Shown: positions 36,900 through 50,562, counted from the first letter of the stretch. The stretch: 64,000 nucleotides of DNA from Azolla caroliniana (GCA_043228905.1 JBHGNT010000003.1:15066001-15130000); one strand, 5' to 3'. Numbers and translations are program-made. The notes: generated by a model not told the origin, from the sequence alone.

Positions 36900-39600
36900 T
36901 GCAAGATTTATTATTGCCTTGATTGAAATTGCATCTTCTTTGCTTATACAAGTGTTTACAAAGAGAGTGTAATCTAAATATTTGAAAGATGGTCGACAAA
37001 TAGAACCTTTTAGTTTATTGGATCAACATTTAAGCCATGCCAAAAGCTTAGGCAATCTTTTCTTTTTCTTTTCAATATGGAGTAATACTAGTCCTTGAGC
37101 TTTAGGTTTTTCAATGTAAATCCAATCCTCAAGAGATGATAAAGACCTTAGGAATCAAGATCTCAATTTTCATATCTTCTATGCAATTATGAAGGGTAAA
37201 AACTTGAAGATATGGATCTCAATGTTGTCAAAGGACATTGATTAATTTATACTTCATTTTGTGTTTCTCTTTCATGGAATATCTTTGTTGTTTGTTCATT
37301 TCTCTCCTCTTGCTCATGAATCGTTCAACATGGGAACATAATATTCTTATCAATCCTTAATTGTCAATGAATATAAAGGCATATCTTTAAAACTTTCCAT
37401 TTTGATTCTTTGCACATGCTTGGGACTTGAGCATGTTGTCAATTCAATACGATGACAATATATTAAATCTCTATACATTGACTCCAAAATCATGATGCTC
37501 AAATCTCAATGCCTCCTTGAGAGGGTGTAAAAAAACAATACCTTCCCCATGTTCTCCCCATCTTCGTTCCCCTAATTCTCTAGACATGTTCAATCATGTC
37601 ATAAAATTGCCATGGTTATAAGTGCCTCGTCATTTCTTGTATCCTTTGTCATTCCACATAATATCCTCTTGGGCAACCTATTGCAATAGTTTCAATTGAG
37701 ATTAAACATCATGACTCCACTACCTGTAATATAAGGCTATTGATAAATGTATGCATGGGTTTTGATTACATGCACCAATCATATAACCTCATATACTCTT
37801 GAAAATTACAATCAAGAAAATATAATAATTCAAACTATATTCCATCCATTTTCTCATGCTTTTTGTATTGTTCCGTTTGTTTTCAATGCATTTCCATCCA
37901 TTCTCAACCTTAGACCCGAAATAAAAATTCTTCCACCCAAATAACAATTCAAACCTTAGGAAAAATTAGACATGCATTTTTCATTTATAATTAAAAATCA
38001 TTGCACATCCTTGAAATATAGACTACAAACACAAAATGCTCCATTGCCCTATTGATGAAACTATTATATTTGTTTAGGTCAATATGACCTAGTATCAACT
38101 CTCACTCCATTCACTAGGGCCTACCTTTCAAAGCTTGATCACAAGCGCAAAATGTGTATTCATAATGCTCATTACTAACAATACATTAGAGTTTACGTAT
38201 GAATTGTTATTTCTTAAGTATATCATCCCTCCACAACAATGTCACAACGTATTTTCATTGCTCTCTCAATTGAATAAAAACAAAATATTATAAACCTTCA
38301 AAGCCATTTATTTCATTCCTTTACACACTAGAATTATGGAATACATGTTATCATCAACCTACAACCAAAAGCCACATTGTTGTTTTGTATGCTAATTACA
38401 AATTAGTTCTTGAATAAACTATGGTAGGGCTTAATGGAAGCATATGTAATTGGTGAGTCATTGCATTATGTGTATTGAATCATGCAGGAATTCATTTTCC
38501 TTCTTCCATTAACTTGAGAATTGACCTAGTTGTTGGAAGCATCCTCAAGTCTTTTAATACCCATAAACTTCAACATCCCGTGTTCATGTTTGACCTACAT
38601 CTCTAAATCATTTAATTGGATATCAACCTTTGCGACTCTCTTTATCAAATGTTGGTCAAACACTTCCAACATGTCATATACCTCTATATGAAAAAGGAAA
38701 ACCAAACACAACCTTATGGAGTCTAGACTTTTTTTAAGCGTTTGATATTCATATTTAGAAGATACACCTAACTGCATTTATCACTCATGATGTGTTCTTT
38801 ATTGCTACAAAATTAATTATAATAAGTTTCTAATACTTCAATTGAGCCCCGAAAAGTGAACACTAACTTTGTAGAAACCCAAAATAACGCCATTTGAAAA
38901 AGGAAAACCAAACACAACCTTATGGAGTCTAGACTTTTTTAAGCGTTTGATATTCATATTTAGTAGATACACCTAACTGCATTTATCACTCATGATGTGT
39001 TCTTTATTGCTACAAAATTAATTATAATAAGTTTCTAATACTTCAATTGAGCCCCGAAAAGTGAACACTAACTTTGTAGAAACCCAAAATAACGCCATTG
39101 TCAAAGGCTAAGGCAATCAATAGGATCACCTCCGTTAACAATGTCAATAATTCCAACAACTTTAAAAACTTGATGTATTGGGTCCTATATGATCGTGAAG
39201 GTTATAAAGCTTGTGACGGTTAGCAATGTGAGGGTATTTGTTAAGCACTTGTTGTATGTTTCACACCAAATACCTTTCAATGGCCAAACCAACCTAAAGG
39301 ATAGAATATCTTAGGTAGAGAGTACCATCTAACACTTCAAAACTAAAGGGAAAGAAATTTATGTCCAACAAAGTGTGAAGAGGGCTCTCTTCTCAAGGTT
39401 TTGTTATTGTGCTCTTAATTCTTCATATCTAAAGTTTAGACTCTTCTCAAAGTCACACTTTTTGATGAGGAATATAAAGGTCACAATTTTGATTGTTCAC
39501 GAGGTTTTCTTCAGTTCACATATTTTAAAGCTAGACGTCTCTATCAAGCACTTGAGTTGATCTTGTAATAAAAATTAGTTTTCTTATTATCACCAAAGAC
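36900..39600 (-). mobile_element. Highly decayed LINE ORF2 remnant
   Basis: Scattered relics only: a QGCP-like segment at ~37670-37685 and an SW..I..PK..GL-like segment at ~37085-37140. No long ORF. Confidence 0.45.
38689..39099. repeat. Near-perfect tandem duplication (206 + 205 bp)
   Basis: 38689-38894 vs 38895-39099 differ only by one T in a T-run and one A/T substitution (by eye). Confidence 0.95.
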
Positions 39601-39635
39601 TTTCGGTAGCCTTTTATTAATTAAGGGATAATAAT

Positions 39636-41473
39636 TGTTGGCATAAAAGGCCGACTCCTTCCACTTTGTATCCTAGTGTGAACTCATCCATATAGTTAGG
39701 GCTTAGTATATAAGCAATAACCTAATGTTGTAAAAGAGGCTTGATCATTCTTGTACAAGAGTCTCTGAGAGAGAGAGAGAACGTAATAACAAAGCTTCCA
39801 TTAAAGCTTAAACCGCGTACATCTTCCGTCTATTCTCTTGTCTTCCTTTTGTGTTGTTTGCCAAACACTATGACAGATCCTCACACATATGTTTCCGCAC
39901 ATAATCATTCCTTCAACTAGTATCAGAGCGACCTGCTACTCGGTGGCAATAGACAACAGAAAAGGCTGAAAAAGAAAATACCAGGTTAGCAAATCTCACT
40001 TTCAAAAGAATCATGCAATCAACATCCGGTACATTAGTTGAGTTGAGATCTGGAAGTTCAATGGCAAAAACTTTGCCCTATGGAAGGAGATGAAGCAGGA
40101 CGTGTTGATCATTAGAAGACAAGTCAAAGCCATTCGACATAGTGAAAAACCCACCTCGATGACAGCCGAAGAGTGGAGATCTACAGACGAAATCGCACGC
40201 TCCACCATTCAAATGCACCTAGTCGAAAACGTCTACTTCAACATGGCAAAATAGACGACAATGTTCTCATTGTAGGAGAAGCTAAAAGCCGTGTACAAAA
40301 AAAAATCCTCATCTTCAAAACTAATTTTGATCAAACAACTATTCAACATGACGATGAGAGAGACCGATCCGGCTACCTCCCACATTCACCTTTAGTCGGG
40401 TGTTGTTAGAACTTTCCTCACAAGGGATCAACTTCGAAGAAGAAGTGAAAGCCCTTGCCCTCCTATCGAGCTTGCTAGCAAGTTGGGAGGTATTCTGCAT
40501 GACATTCGCCAATAGCCAACCGATCCTAAATCTAGATGAGACGATCGACTAAGTTCTCACCGAGGACATTCAACGAAAATTGATGGGACTCATCATTGAT
40601 GAATCGGTAGAAGCCCATCACTCGACCGAGTCGTTCGACCGTTAGAAGCGAATGAGAGAACAAGCCGACAGAACCGGTGGGAACACCAACCGATCAAAGA
40701 CAGACAAGGGGAGACCGACAACGGTCGAAGTCGAGAACGGGCCGATCAAGCAAATTTTGCACACATTGCAAAAAAGCTGGCCACAATGTTTCCGACTACT
40801 GGTCGATAAAGGAGAGGTCAACGATCCGAGCGAAATCGAGGACGACCCCACTCCAATCGGCAACCAAATCAATGTTGCCGACACCCTATCAGGAGAAATT
40901 CTCTCCTTAGAGGATTCAATGATCGAAGAAGTCCTCTACAGTGCACAAGATGCACACACGTGGTTACTGGATTCTGGTGCCACACTCCACGTGACCCCCA
41001 ACATTGAATGGTTTTCGAACTATTCGGCCGAGACCAATGGCACAGTCCCACTAGGCAACGAGCAGGAGTGCAGAATCGCAGAGACCGTAGAGGTTCCCAT
41101 TGGATTGCCCAATGGCAACATGATCACCCTGCACCAAGTCCAGCATGTACCTGATTTGACAAGTCTGTCATGTACCTGATTTGAAAAGGATTCTGGTCTC
41201 CATCGACATGTTAGTCGAAGACGGGTACCAAACGACTCTCAATGAGTCAACATGGATGATCAGCCGAGGAAACCTAAAGATTGGATGCGGGCACAAGTAC
41301 AATAACTTGTACCCATTAATGGCGATCAATCCAGAAGGGGTCGTGAATGTAGCCGAAAAGACCGACCCAAACTTATGGCATGGCCGACTCGGTCATATAT
41401 CTCAAGCCAGACTCGATCAACTGATGGTGGTCGACTACATCCTTAAACTCCAAGCAAACACGGACTTCTACGT
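39636..41473 (+). mobile_element. Copia element A: 5' LTR (39636-39915), PBS, degenerate gag-protease-pre-integrase, truncated
   Basis: TGTTGG...TTCA LTR, PBS TAGTATCAGAGC (39918), KFNGKNFALWK, CTHCKKAGH, WLLDSGAT and LWHGRLGH. The sequence ends abruptly at TDFY. Confidence 0.88.
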
Positions 41474-42593
41474 TGTTACGTAATTCCGCGTGGATGCGTA
41501 GAAGTGGGGCAGGACCATAGGGGTCTTGAACCAAGGAATCTAACAAAAGGGGAGGAATATCCCTCGCATTGCGTACACGCAGACCGTAGATAGAATAGAG
41601 AGGGACAGGAGTGAGATGACGGTAGGCCACCGTTACAGGGCGATATGATGAAATTGCAACACCGGACAACAGAATAGATTAACGATATTAGTTAGAACGT
41701 GTGTGTGATGCGCAAGGAGTACAACCATGTTGAGCGGCAAGCTCAACCGGAGCTGGATTGGCTGAATAAGCTTGAGCCGGTAAGCGAGATGAATCGGTAT
41801 GCCGGTGAGCAACCGAGCCAGTAAGCAGTAAGGACCGGTGAGCTAGGGAGCCGGTATGCCGGATCCGATCCGTAACCTGAAGCCTAGTATAGGTTAGACT
41901 ACTAGGCATTTATAGTCTCGTAGTTAGTGTCAGATGCTCGTTTGAGCATTGAAGTACACCGTACTTCTAACAGTCCCGTGTGGACTTGTATAAATAGCGA
42001 TGATGAGCGCGTTGTAGACACAGACAGAGAACACAAAGTGTTCATATAATTTTTTGAGAAATAGTGTGTGTGTGTGTGTGTCTCTCTCTCTCTGTCTCTC
42101 CCGCGTACTCTCTCTCTCTCTTTGTGTACTGTCCTTTCTAACGCTTCCGCAAGCTATCTTTCACATGGTATTAGAGCGCGTGGGTTGAGAACCTCTGCTG
42201 CAGACATCTACGCTTGTGAAGGAAACCCTAACAGATCGGAAAACAGACACAAAAGTAGAAATGGACAGAGGTATGGCTACGTCGCTCCCGGTGGAGAAGC
42301 TTGACAGAACCAACTACGCATCTTGGTCATACAAGATGCACCAGTACCTGCTTGGGCATGGCTACTGGAGTTATGTCGACGGATTTAACGACTCAGCACC
42401 GGAGACGACACACAAGGACTTCCCAATGTGGGAACAGGCGGCAAGCAGGGTGATGTACTGCTTCGCGTCCAGTGTCGGTGACTAGCTGCTCAGCCATATC
42501 CGTGATACCAAGACACCGAAGGATGCTTGGGGAAACTTGAAAAAGGTTTTCGCCGTAAGCACCATTGCCTAGAAGCTGCAACTCAGACAGGAG

Positions 42594-44483
42594 TTGAGCA
42601 ATGTTCGACAGAAGAACATGTCGGTGGCAGATTACACATCATGGATCAAAGGGATCTGTGACTCGCTTGCCTCTATTAACGTCACCATAGAGGAAGACGA
42701 GATGGTGCAGATCTGTCTTGGAGGCCTGGCATCCAAGTTCGGAGCCTTCCAGACTGCGGTTTGTACAAGGGAGAATACGCCCTCATTTTTTGACTTACAG
42801 TCGATGCTCCTTGTAGAGGAGAACCACGCCGGTGCATCTACCAGTGCATCCCCAAACAACCGGATGCTATACATGGGAGCGGATCGGTCCCGCGGGCGTG
42901 GTGGACGAGGCAGGTCGGCACGCAATGGAGGCGGCCGGCAAGAGCAGGAACGAAGGCACAGTGAGCGTGCCGACAACAGTTCTGAGACTTCCACAAGTAG
43001 GGGGAGTCAAGGTGGTGCCGGAGGCCGGCAAGACAAATCCGCTATGGAATGCTGGTACTGTGGCAAAAAGGGCCACAGGGAAAGCGAGTGCTGGAGAAAG
43101 CGTGCCGATTCGGACAAATCCGGATCCGGCAAGACCGGTAAGGAAGGCCGGCAAAGCTCGCACTACGCAAACGGATCGGGAGGATCCAAGAACGGTAAGG
43201 GGCCAACCTTGGTGATGAGGCACAAGGCAAACTCAATGAAGAAGACTACTTCCAAATCGGAGGAAGTGTGGTACGTTGACTCCGGCGCATCGAACCACAT
43301 GACGAGCCACGAGGAGTGGTTCTCCTTTTTGGAGAAGCCAGATCAACCGGGAGTTGTCGAAACCAGAGACGACACTCCCCACCCGGTTGTGCACGTCGGA
43401 GAAGTCCCTTTTAGCCACGTCGGACAGAGGGGGAAGCTGATGAATGTATTACATGTTCCGACGATCACGAAGAACCTGGTGTTGGTCGGACAGATCGTTG
43501 ACCAGGGGATGCAGGTGCGGTTTACGCACCTCGGGTGCTTCATTGAGGATGAGGGCGAAGTTATTGCGCAAGGGCGCAGAGATGGGAGGATGTTTATCCT
43601 CAACACCAATGATGTTGGCATTGCACTGTTCGCCAAAGGACAGAAGGTCGAGTCGGATATCGACCTGTGGCACAAGCGGATCAGCCACGTCAACTACCGA
43701 AGGCTTCAAGACCTGCAAACGAAACAAGTCGTTTTCGGTTTGCCAAAATTTAGTGGCTGGAGAGCCCAGATTTGTGAAGCCTACCAACTCGGGAAGCAAC
43801 ACCGGCTTCCATTCCCCACCGAAAGAAATGGAAGCTGTAACAAGCTCAATCTTATCCATTCGGATGTGTGGGGACCGACACAAAATGTTAGCATTGACGG
43901 GAGTCGATATTTCGTCTCCTTCATCGACGACTACACACGGCATACGTGGATCTACCTCATTGAGTGGAAGAGCGAAGTCTTCGAGTGTTTCCGGAGCCTC
44001 CAGAAGATGGTGGAACAGGAATCGGAGAGGAAGATCAAATGCCTACGGTCGGATGGCGGAAAAAAGTACTTTTCCGGCCAATTCAACAGCTATCTGCAAC
44101 AAAAAGGAATTCGGCGAAAATTAAGCTGCAGATACACACCGCAACAGAATGGTGTGGCCGAAAGGAAGAATCGGTCGCTGATTGACGCGGCTAGGGCAAT
44201 GCTGGAGGAAAAGAGCATGCCCAAGTTCTACTGGGCGGAGGCGGTCCAAACGGCCGTTTACATCCAGAACCGGATCGGGGACAAGGTGTCAGCTCACGGG
44301 CTGTATTTCGGGCGCAAGCCGAATTTGAGACACCTCCGGATATTCGGCAACATAGCCTATGTACATGTGCCGGATGAGAAGCGGAGAAAGCTGGATGCAA
44401 AATCGGAAAAATGCATCCTAGTCGGCTATGCTCAGGAGCAAAAGGGGTATAAGTGTTATAACCCCCGAACGAAGCAGGTCTGA
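42594..44483 (+). pseudogene. Copia B gag zinc knuckle, protease and integrase
   Basis: CWYCGKKGHRESEC, WYVDSGASNHM, LWHKRISH, HSDVWGP, LRSDGG and TPQQNGVAERKNR. Confidence 0.9.
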
Positions 44484-44705
44484 GTCAGTCGAGATGTCGA
44501 GTTTGACGAATCAGCATCGTGGTATTCCTTACCAACTCCGACTTCCGATCCCGACCCGAGGTCAGAGGATGGGGCTAGCGAGCCCGAACCGGCCCAGGTA
44601 GAGAAAGATGAGAGTCCGGAATCATTCCGGTTAAGCGGACCGAATGAGAGTCTGGATTAGTCCAACCAATCAGATGATGAGACGACGAGTAGTGGAAACT
44701 CTATC

Positions 44706-46714
44706 GTGCTCTCCCCGCGCAAGGAACCGAGGAGACGGTTCACACACAAAGAGAAAGGGAAGCAGAAGATGCCGGAATTCGAGACCAACAATGATGAGTC
44801 GGATCAGTGTGTATCTGACTTCGGCAAGGACATAGGCAGATCTTCAGGAACGAAGACCAAACCGGCCAAGAAGGGTCTCATACCTGGTAACGGTGAGTTA
44901 TGCCGGTCCACCCGCCAGAAGGATCCCGTTAAACGGTACGAGTATAACGAGTACATGGCGCATCATTATGCGTACATAACCAAGGTCGCGGAAGTGCGTG
45001 AGCCGGAGAGCTACGCAGAAGCGGCAAAGGACGCAAATTGGTGTGCCGCTATGGAGGAAGAAATGCGGGCACTAGATGCCAACGGAACTTGGGACCTGGT
45101 TGACCCTCCCTGTCATTGTAAACCGATCGGATGCAAGTGGGTGTACAAGGTAAAGTACAATGCCGACGGTACAGTTAACCGGTACAAGGCCCGGTTAGTG
45201 GCGAAGGGATATGCGCAGACCCACGGAATCGACTACGACGAGACCTTCGCTCCTGTAGCGAAGATAACGACAGTTCGTGTGGTACTGGCGGTTGCTGTGG
45301 CAAGGGGGTGGCATCTTCATCAGATGGATATGAAGAATGCCTTCCTTCAAGGAGATCTTGAAGAAGAAGTCTTTATGACTCAACCCCCCAAATTTCAGTC
45401 GGAGGTGAACAAGTCGGCGGTATGCCGGCTGAGGAAGTCGTTGTATGGCTTGAAGCAAACCCCCCGTGCTTGGAATGCCAAGATCACGCACCGGTTGCGA
45501 AAGATGGGGTTTGTTGCCTCTAAGTCAGACTCTTCCCCGTTCATCCGTGAAGGCTCAAACGGTCCGATATGTATCTTACTCTATTTTGATGATTTAGTCA
45601 TCACCGGCCCAGGTCTTCCGGAAATCAACTGCGTCAAGTCCCAGTTGTCGAACGCATTCGATATGAAGCACTTGGGGGACCTTCATTATTTTTGGGGGAT
45701 CGAGGTGATCCGCACCCCTGATGGTATATTGCTTTCTCAACGCCATTATGTGTTGAATATACTGTACAAGTTCGGCATGACGGAATGCCGACCTGTCTCC
45801 ACACCCTTGGACCGGAATCAGAAGATCTGTCCCAACTTCGAACCAACTTGCGATGAGAAAAGGTTCCGACAAATAGTTGAAAGCCTGATCTACTTGACCA
45901 TCACCCAACCCGACATTAGCTATCCGGTCGGAGTGGTAAGCCAATTCATGCAAAAGCCGACCGTGGAGCACCTTCAGTGCGTGCAACAAATATTGAGGTA
46001 TGTAAGCGGCAGTAAGGACCGGGGGTCTTATACCAGGAAGGAATAACCGAAGAGCTTGTCGGCTACACGAATGCCGACTGGGTTGGCGATGCAACGGATC
46101 GTCGCTCAACTTCCGGGTTTATGTTTTCTCTTGGGAGCGCGGCTATTGCGTGGAGCAGCAAAAAGCAGCCAACAGTGGCTCTATCCAACACCGAGGCTGA
46201 ATACCGGGGCGCGACCGTTGCCACCTGCGAAGCCATTTGGCTTCGGCGACTACTGCAAGACCTGCGGATCAAGGTACCGACCCCGATCCTGATCTACTGC
46301 GATAACCTCAGCAACTTGCAACTCGCCAAGAACCCTGTGTTCCATGCTCGCACAAAGCACATAGAACTGCATTATCACTTCGTGCGTGAGCGGGTCCTGA
46401 GCGGTGAAGTTGAACTACGGTATGTTCACACGGATCGGCAAGTTGCCGACATCTTCACCAAGCCGCTCGGGTCGGACAAGTTGCAACACTTTACCGAAAT
46501 GCTTGGTGTTCAGCATCTCGACGTGCCGCACTTGAGGGGGAGACGCAAAGGCAAAGACACTACCGAAACGGGCAAAGGCAAAAGAACTGTTGAACCCGTA
46601 GGTAAGAGAAGATCCGGTAGAGGTGGAGACAAGAAGAAAAATGAAGCTGAGTCGATGAAAGAAGTCGGCACAACCGAACAGGTCGGAGTGAGCGGTTGTG
46701 AAGAAGAAGTGTAA
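44706..46714 (+). pseudogene. Copia B reverse transcriptase and RNase H (frameshift at ~46030)
   Basis: YKARLVAKGYAQ, QMDMKNAFLQG, LYFDDLVITG, WSSKKQPTVALSNTEAEY, HARTKHIELHYHF and ADIFTKPL. Confidence 0.9.
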
Positions 46715-49700
46715 TCTTAGGAAGAGAAGTGCATGCTATGCGGAGGTCATCATGATCGTAATGGCCATGATGTGGAGTCGAATGAAGAACTCGACTTTGG
46801 TGAATCGGCTGAAGAAGCCAAGGGAAGCACGGAGAAGGCCAAGACCCGGACGTGGTCCGATGTGGTGAGAGGCCTGAAGCCGAAAATCAAATCGGAGGAT
46901 ACCGATTCAGACAAGAGCTGGAACGAGTTGGAGACAGCCGATTCGGATCAACAGATGGATCCGGATGAGTCGGATCAACGAGAGGCCAAGGAGACACGGA
47001 CGCAGTGGAAGTCGATGCCATTGCGGAGGAATCGACGGATTGGCAAGCGCCGGAGTCATAGCAGTGAAGGAGCTGAGATGGGCCTATTGAGCAGACATGC
47101 CGAAGGTCGAGGCGCGCAGAACCAAAGGGGTCGTGGAAAACGGGACTGGACCGGACAAGGAGCGAGAGCAAGGCGAAGCAACGCCAGGAGAAGTCGGTTG
47201 GAAGAACCGGCTGCCATAGAGGTTGACACTACGACCCTACCTCAGGTTGAGCTTGAGGGGGAGTGTTGAGCAGCAAGCTCACCCGGAGCCGGATCGGCTG
47301 AATAAGCCTGAGTCGGTAAGCGAGATGAATCGGTATGTCGGTGAGCAACCGAGCCAGTAAGCAGTAAGGACCGGTGAGCTGGGGAGCCGCTATGCTGGAT
47401 CCGATCCGTAACCGGAAGCCTAGTATAGGTTAGACTACTAGGCATTTATAGTCTCATAGTTAGTGTCAGATGCTCATGTGAGCATTGAAGTACACCGTAC
47501 TTCTAACAGTCCTGTGTGGACTTGTATAAATAGCGCTGATGAGCGCGTTGTAGACACAGACAGAGAACACAGAGTGTTCATATAATTTTTTGAGAAATAG
47601 TGTGTGTGTGTGTGTGTGTGTCTCTCTCTCTCTGTCTCTCCTGCGTACTCTCTCTCTCTCTCTTTGTGTACTGTCCTTTCTAACGCTTCTGCAAGCTATC
47701 TTTCACAAACCAATCTGAGCCGAGAACAGAGCTTCGAGATCCACAATAGATGTTCGCAGAGTGAGGATCCTTTGGTCTGGAGCACACGGGCGTCTGACGC
47801 GAGCAGAGGATGCACCTTCTGGAGTTTGGTCGTCGGTTGTAATCAGAGAGAGAGAGAGCTTCGATACTCTGATCGACAACGTTTCCTCCTCCTCCAACCT
47901 GGATCCCTAAAATAGTCTGGGGCCGCCCCTTTTATAGCATAAGGGACGACCGTTACATCAGGTCTAATGACCTTTCGTTATCCCCTCCTCCCATTATTCT
48001 CCTCCATATATGCGACATTAAATCACCTATTAAAGCCTAACTTCCTAGTAATTGTGGAAAGTTAGTAGGTGTGTGCGTATGAGAACTTGTTTGCTGACTC
48101 GGAAAACAACACAGAAAGGGAGGAAGGCAGAGACTTACACAGAAACGAGCTTTAATGGAAAGCTTTATTACGTTCTCCCTCCCTCCCTCTCTCTCTTTTA
48201 GAGACTTGATATACAATATATGGTCAAGTGGATCTTTCTTTACAACGTTATGTTATTATTTATATACTAAGCCCTAACTATATCGACGAGTTCACACTAG
48301 GCCTTTTATGCCAACAAACTCCCCCGTAAAAGGACTACTCTTTCCTACATGTACATGTGTTTGGGGTTGTCTCCCCCGTAAACTTAGATTACAACACTAA
48401 TCTAAATTTATGTTACAAGTCGTTTGGCATATAGTCAAGTTGGCATAGATGATGTCTGTGTCGAGCCTAGCATGGCTCATTATCATGATTGATTCGGTCG
48501 ACTCTTACCTTTTGCTTCTCGTTCGACTTTCTTCTGCTCGGTTGCTTGTCGTACTCCCATCTTTGTCCTTAATGCTCCGAAGCGTTGATCTGGGAGTGGC
48601 TTTGTCAGCCAATCGGCGATGTTCACCTCGGTGTCGATCTTCCGGACTTCGAGCATCTTCTCGGTTGTGAGCTCCCGAATGTGATGATACCGCACCTCAA
48701 TATGCTTTGTCTTTGCGTGATAGACGGGATTGTTGATGAGGTGTATTGCACTCTATGAGTCGTAATAGATGGTTGCCATAGATGGTTGGTGATAGGCAGT
48801 CGTTTCTGCTTGTATCCGAGAAGTCAGCAGACAGTCAGTGCAACCAGATCGCTTCCTTGGCTGCTTCCGATGCTGCTATGTACTCGGCTTCTGTGGTAGA
48901 CAGAGCCGTGCACTCTTGAAGTTTCGACCTCCATGATATTGCACCACCACCATAGGTGAAGATGTAGCCTGATGTCGATTTCTGATTATCTGTATTTCCA
49001 GCATAGTCGGAATTGGTGTAGCCTTCAACTTCGGTTGAGGTTGTCAAACCGAAAGTCAGGTGTGTATCTTCGGTTCTTCTCAGGTACTTGAAGATCTGCT
49101 TGACGGCCTCCCAATGCTTTCGTCTTGGGTTTGACATGTACCAGTTGACCACTCCTACAACATAGGCTAGGTCGGGTCGGGTTGCCACCATTGCGTACAT
49201 GATACTTCCTATGGCCGATGCATAGGGCATCTGTCCATTAAGCTCTCTCTCCTTTTCCATTGAAGGAGAGTCTCTATCCAATAGTCGGATCAACGGCGGA
49301 AGCGGTGTTGGTGCTGGCTTCACATTCTCCATATTGAAGCGCTTCAGCACCTTTCGGATATAGTCAGACTGGGAGAGTCAAAGAGTCTTGGTCATCCGAT
49401 TTCACTTGATCCTCCTGCCCAGTATGTGACGGGCTTGTCTGAGTTCCTTCATCGTGAACTTGTCGTGCAGGCTCTGCTTTAGCTTTCCGATCTCTGCTTG
49501 ATTGCTTCCTGCAATCAGCATGTCATGACATATAGGATCAGATAAATCCTAGACTCGTCCGCCAGTTGCCGAATATACATGCATGGGTCGGAGTTAGATT
49601 TGCGGTATCCAAGTTGCCTAATGTAGGAATCAAACTTCTGGTACCACATCCTCCGCGCTTGTTTCAAGCCATATAGGCTTTTCTTTAACCGACATACGAG

Positions 49701-50562
49701 GTGACTGTCCTCCCCCGTCGCCGTGAAGCTTGCCGGTTGAGGCATATATTTGTCTTCTTCTAGATCTCCATGTAGAAATGCCGTCTTTACATCCAACTGA
49801 TCTAGCTCTAGGTCTTTTGTCGCCACAACTCCTAGTTAGAGTCAGAGGGTGGTCATCTTGACTACTAGTGAGAATATCTCATCGTAGTCTAGTAGTCTAC
49901 CCCGTTGTCGCGGTATTCTGCGGGTACGTGTAGAAGAGGGGCGGGACCACGGGGATCTCGGACGAGGAAGTGATGGGGTGTCGGAAGCCGACTTCACTCC
50001 GGTCCCGGTTGCACTGGTTGTGGCGCGACCAGGAGTGATTCCGGACGCGTACCGGTGGCTACCAAACACGAGAGAGTGTCATGAACAGTACTGAGACAAA
50101 GAAGGAATTAGTACTAAACGAAGGATTAGTACTATGAGAGGTGTGGAACTTCTTCGAGAGAAGGAAGAAGTGAGCGAGACAGAGAGAAAGAGAGAGATTG
50201 AGAGAGAGAGAGAGAGTGATGATAAGAAAGATATGTATTATATGAAGTGAATATACAATGGTGGCTAAAAGGCTTAAGACTGGCGTTGAACCAATTTGGT
50301 TCAACATAATGCCTAGTGCCCTCTTTTATAGTGTTTTCAGGAGTAATCCTGAAGCTTCTAGAATGTTCCAGAGAAATCTGGAATATACACTAATTTCCTA
50401 TAATAAAATGTAAATGAAAATAATATCCTACGTATTACAATAGATGATCTAATGGTCAAGAGCTCGACCCATATAACCTAAGGTCATGGGTTCGAGTCTT
50501 GCCATATCATGACACTATCCCCCCTTTAAAACGACAAGTGTCACGAGTCGTCTTGGATTGAG

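Larger units (their letters stand above)
41728..47707 (+). mobile_element. Full-length Ty1/copia element B
   Basis: LTRs 41728-42165 and 47264-47707, TSD AACCA (41723-41727, 47708-47712), PBS TGGTATTAGAGC (42166) and PPT GAGGGGGAG (47255-47263). Gag-PR-INT-RT-RH with a few stops and frameshifts. Confidence 0.97.
41474..48017 (-). mobile_element. Solo-type LTR C (41474-41727 + 47713-48017), split by Copia B
   Basis: TGTTAC...GCGACA termini and a minus-strand TATA (GCTATAAAAGGG) at ~47927-47938. The flanks (TACGT / TTAAA) do not match. Confidence 0.65.

Noticed and set aside
50438-50510. Functional tRNA gene
   Set aside because: The acceptor, anticodon and T stems do not pair properly, so it is reported only as a tRNA-like cassette.
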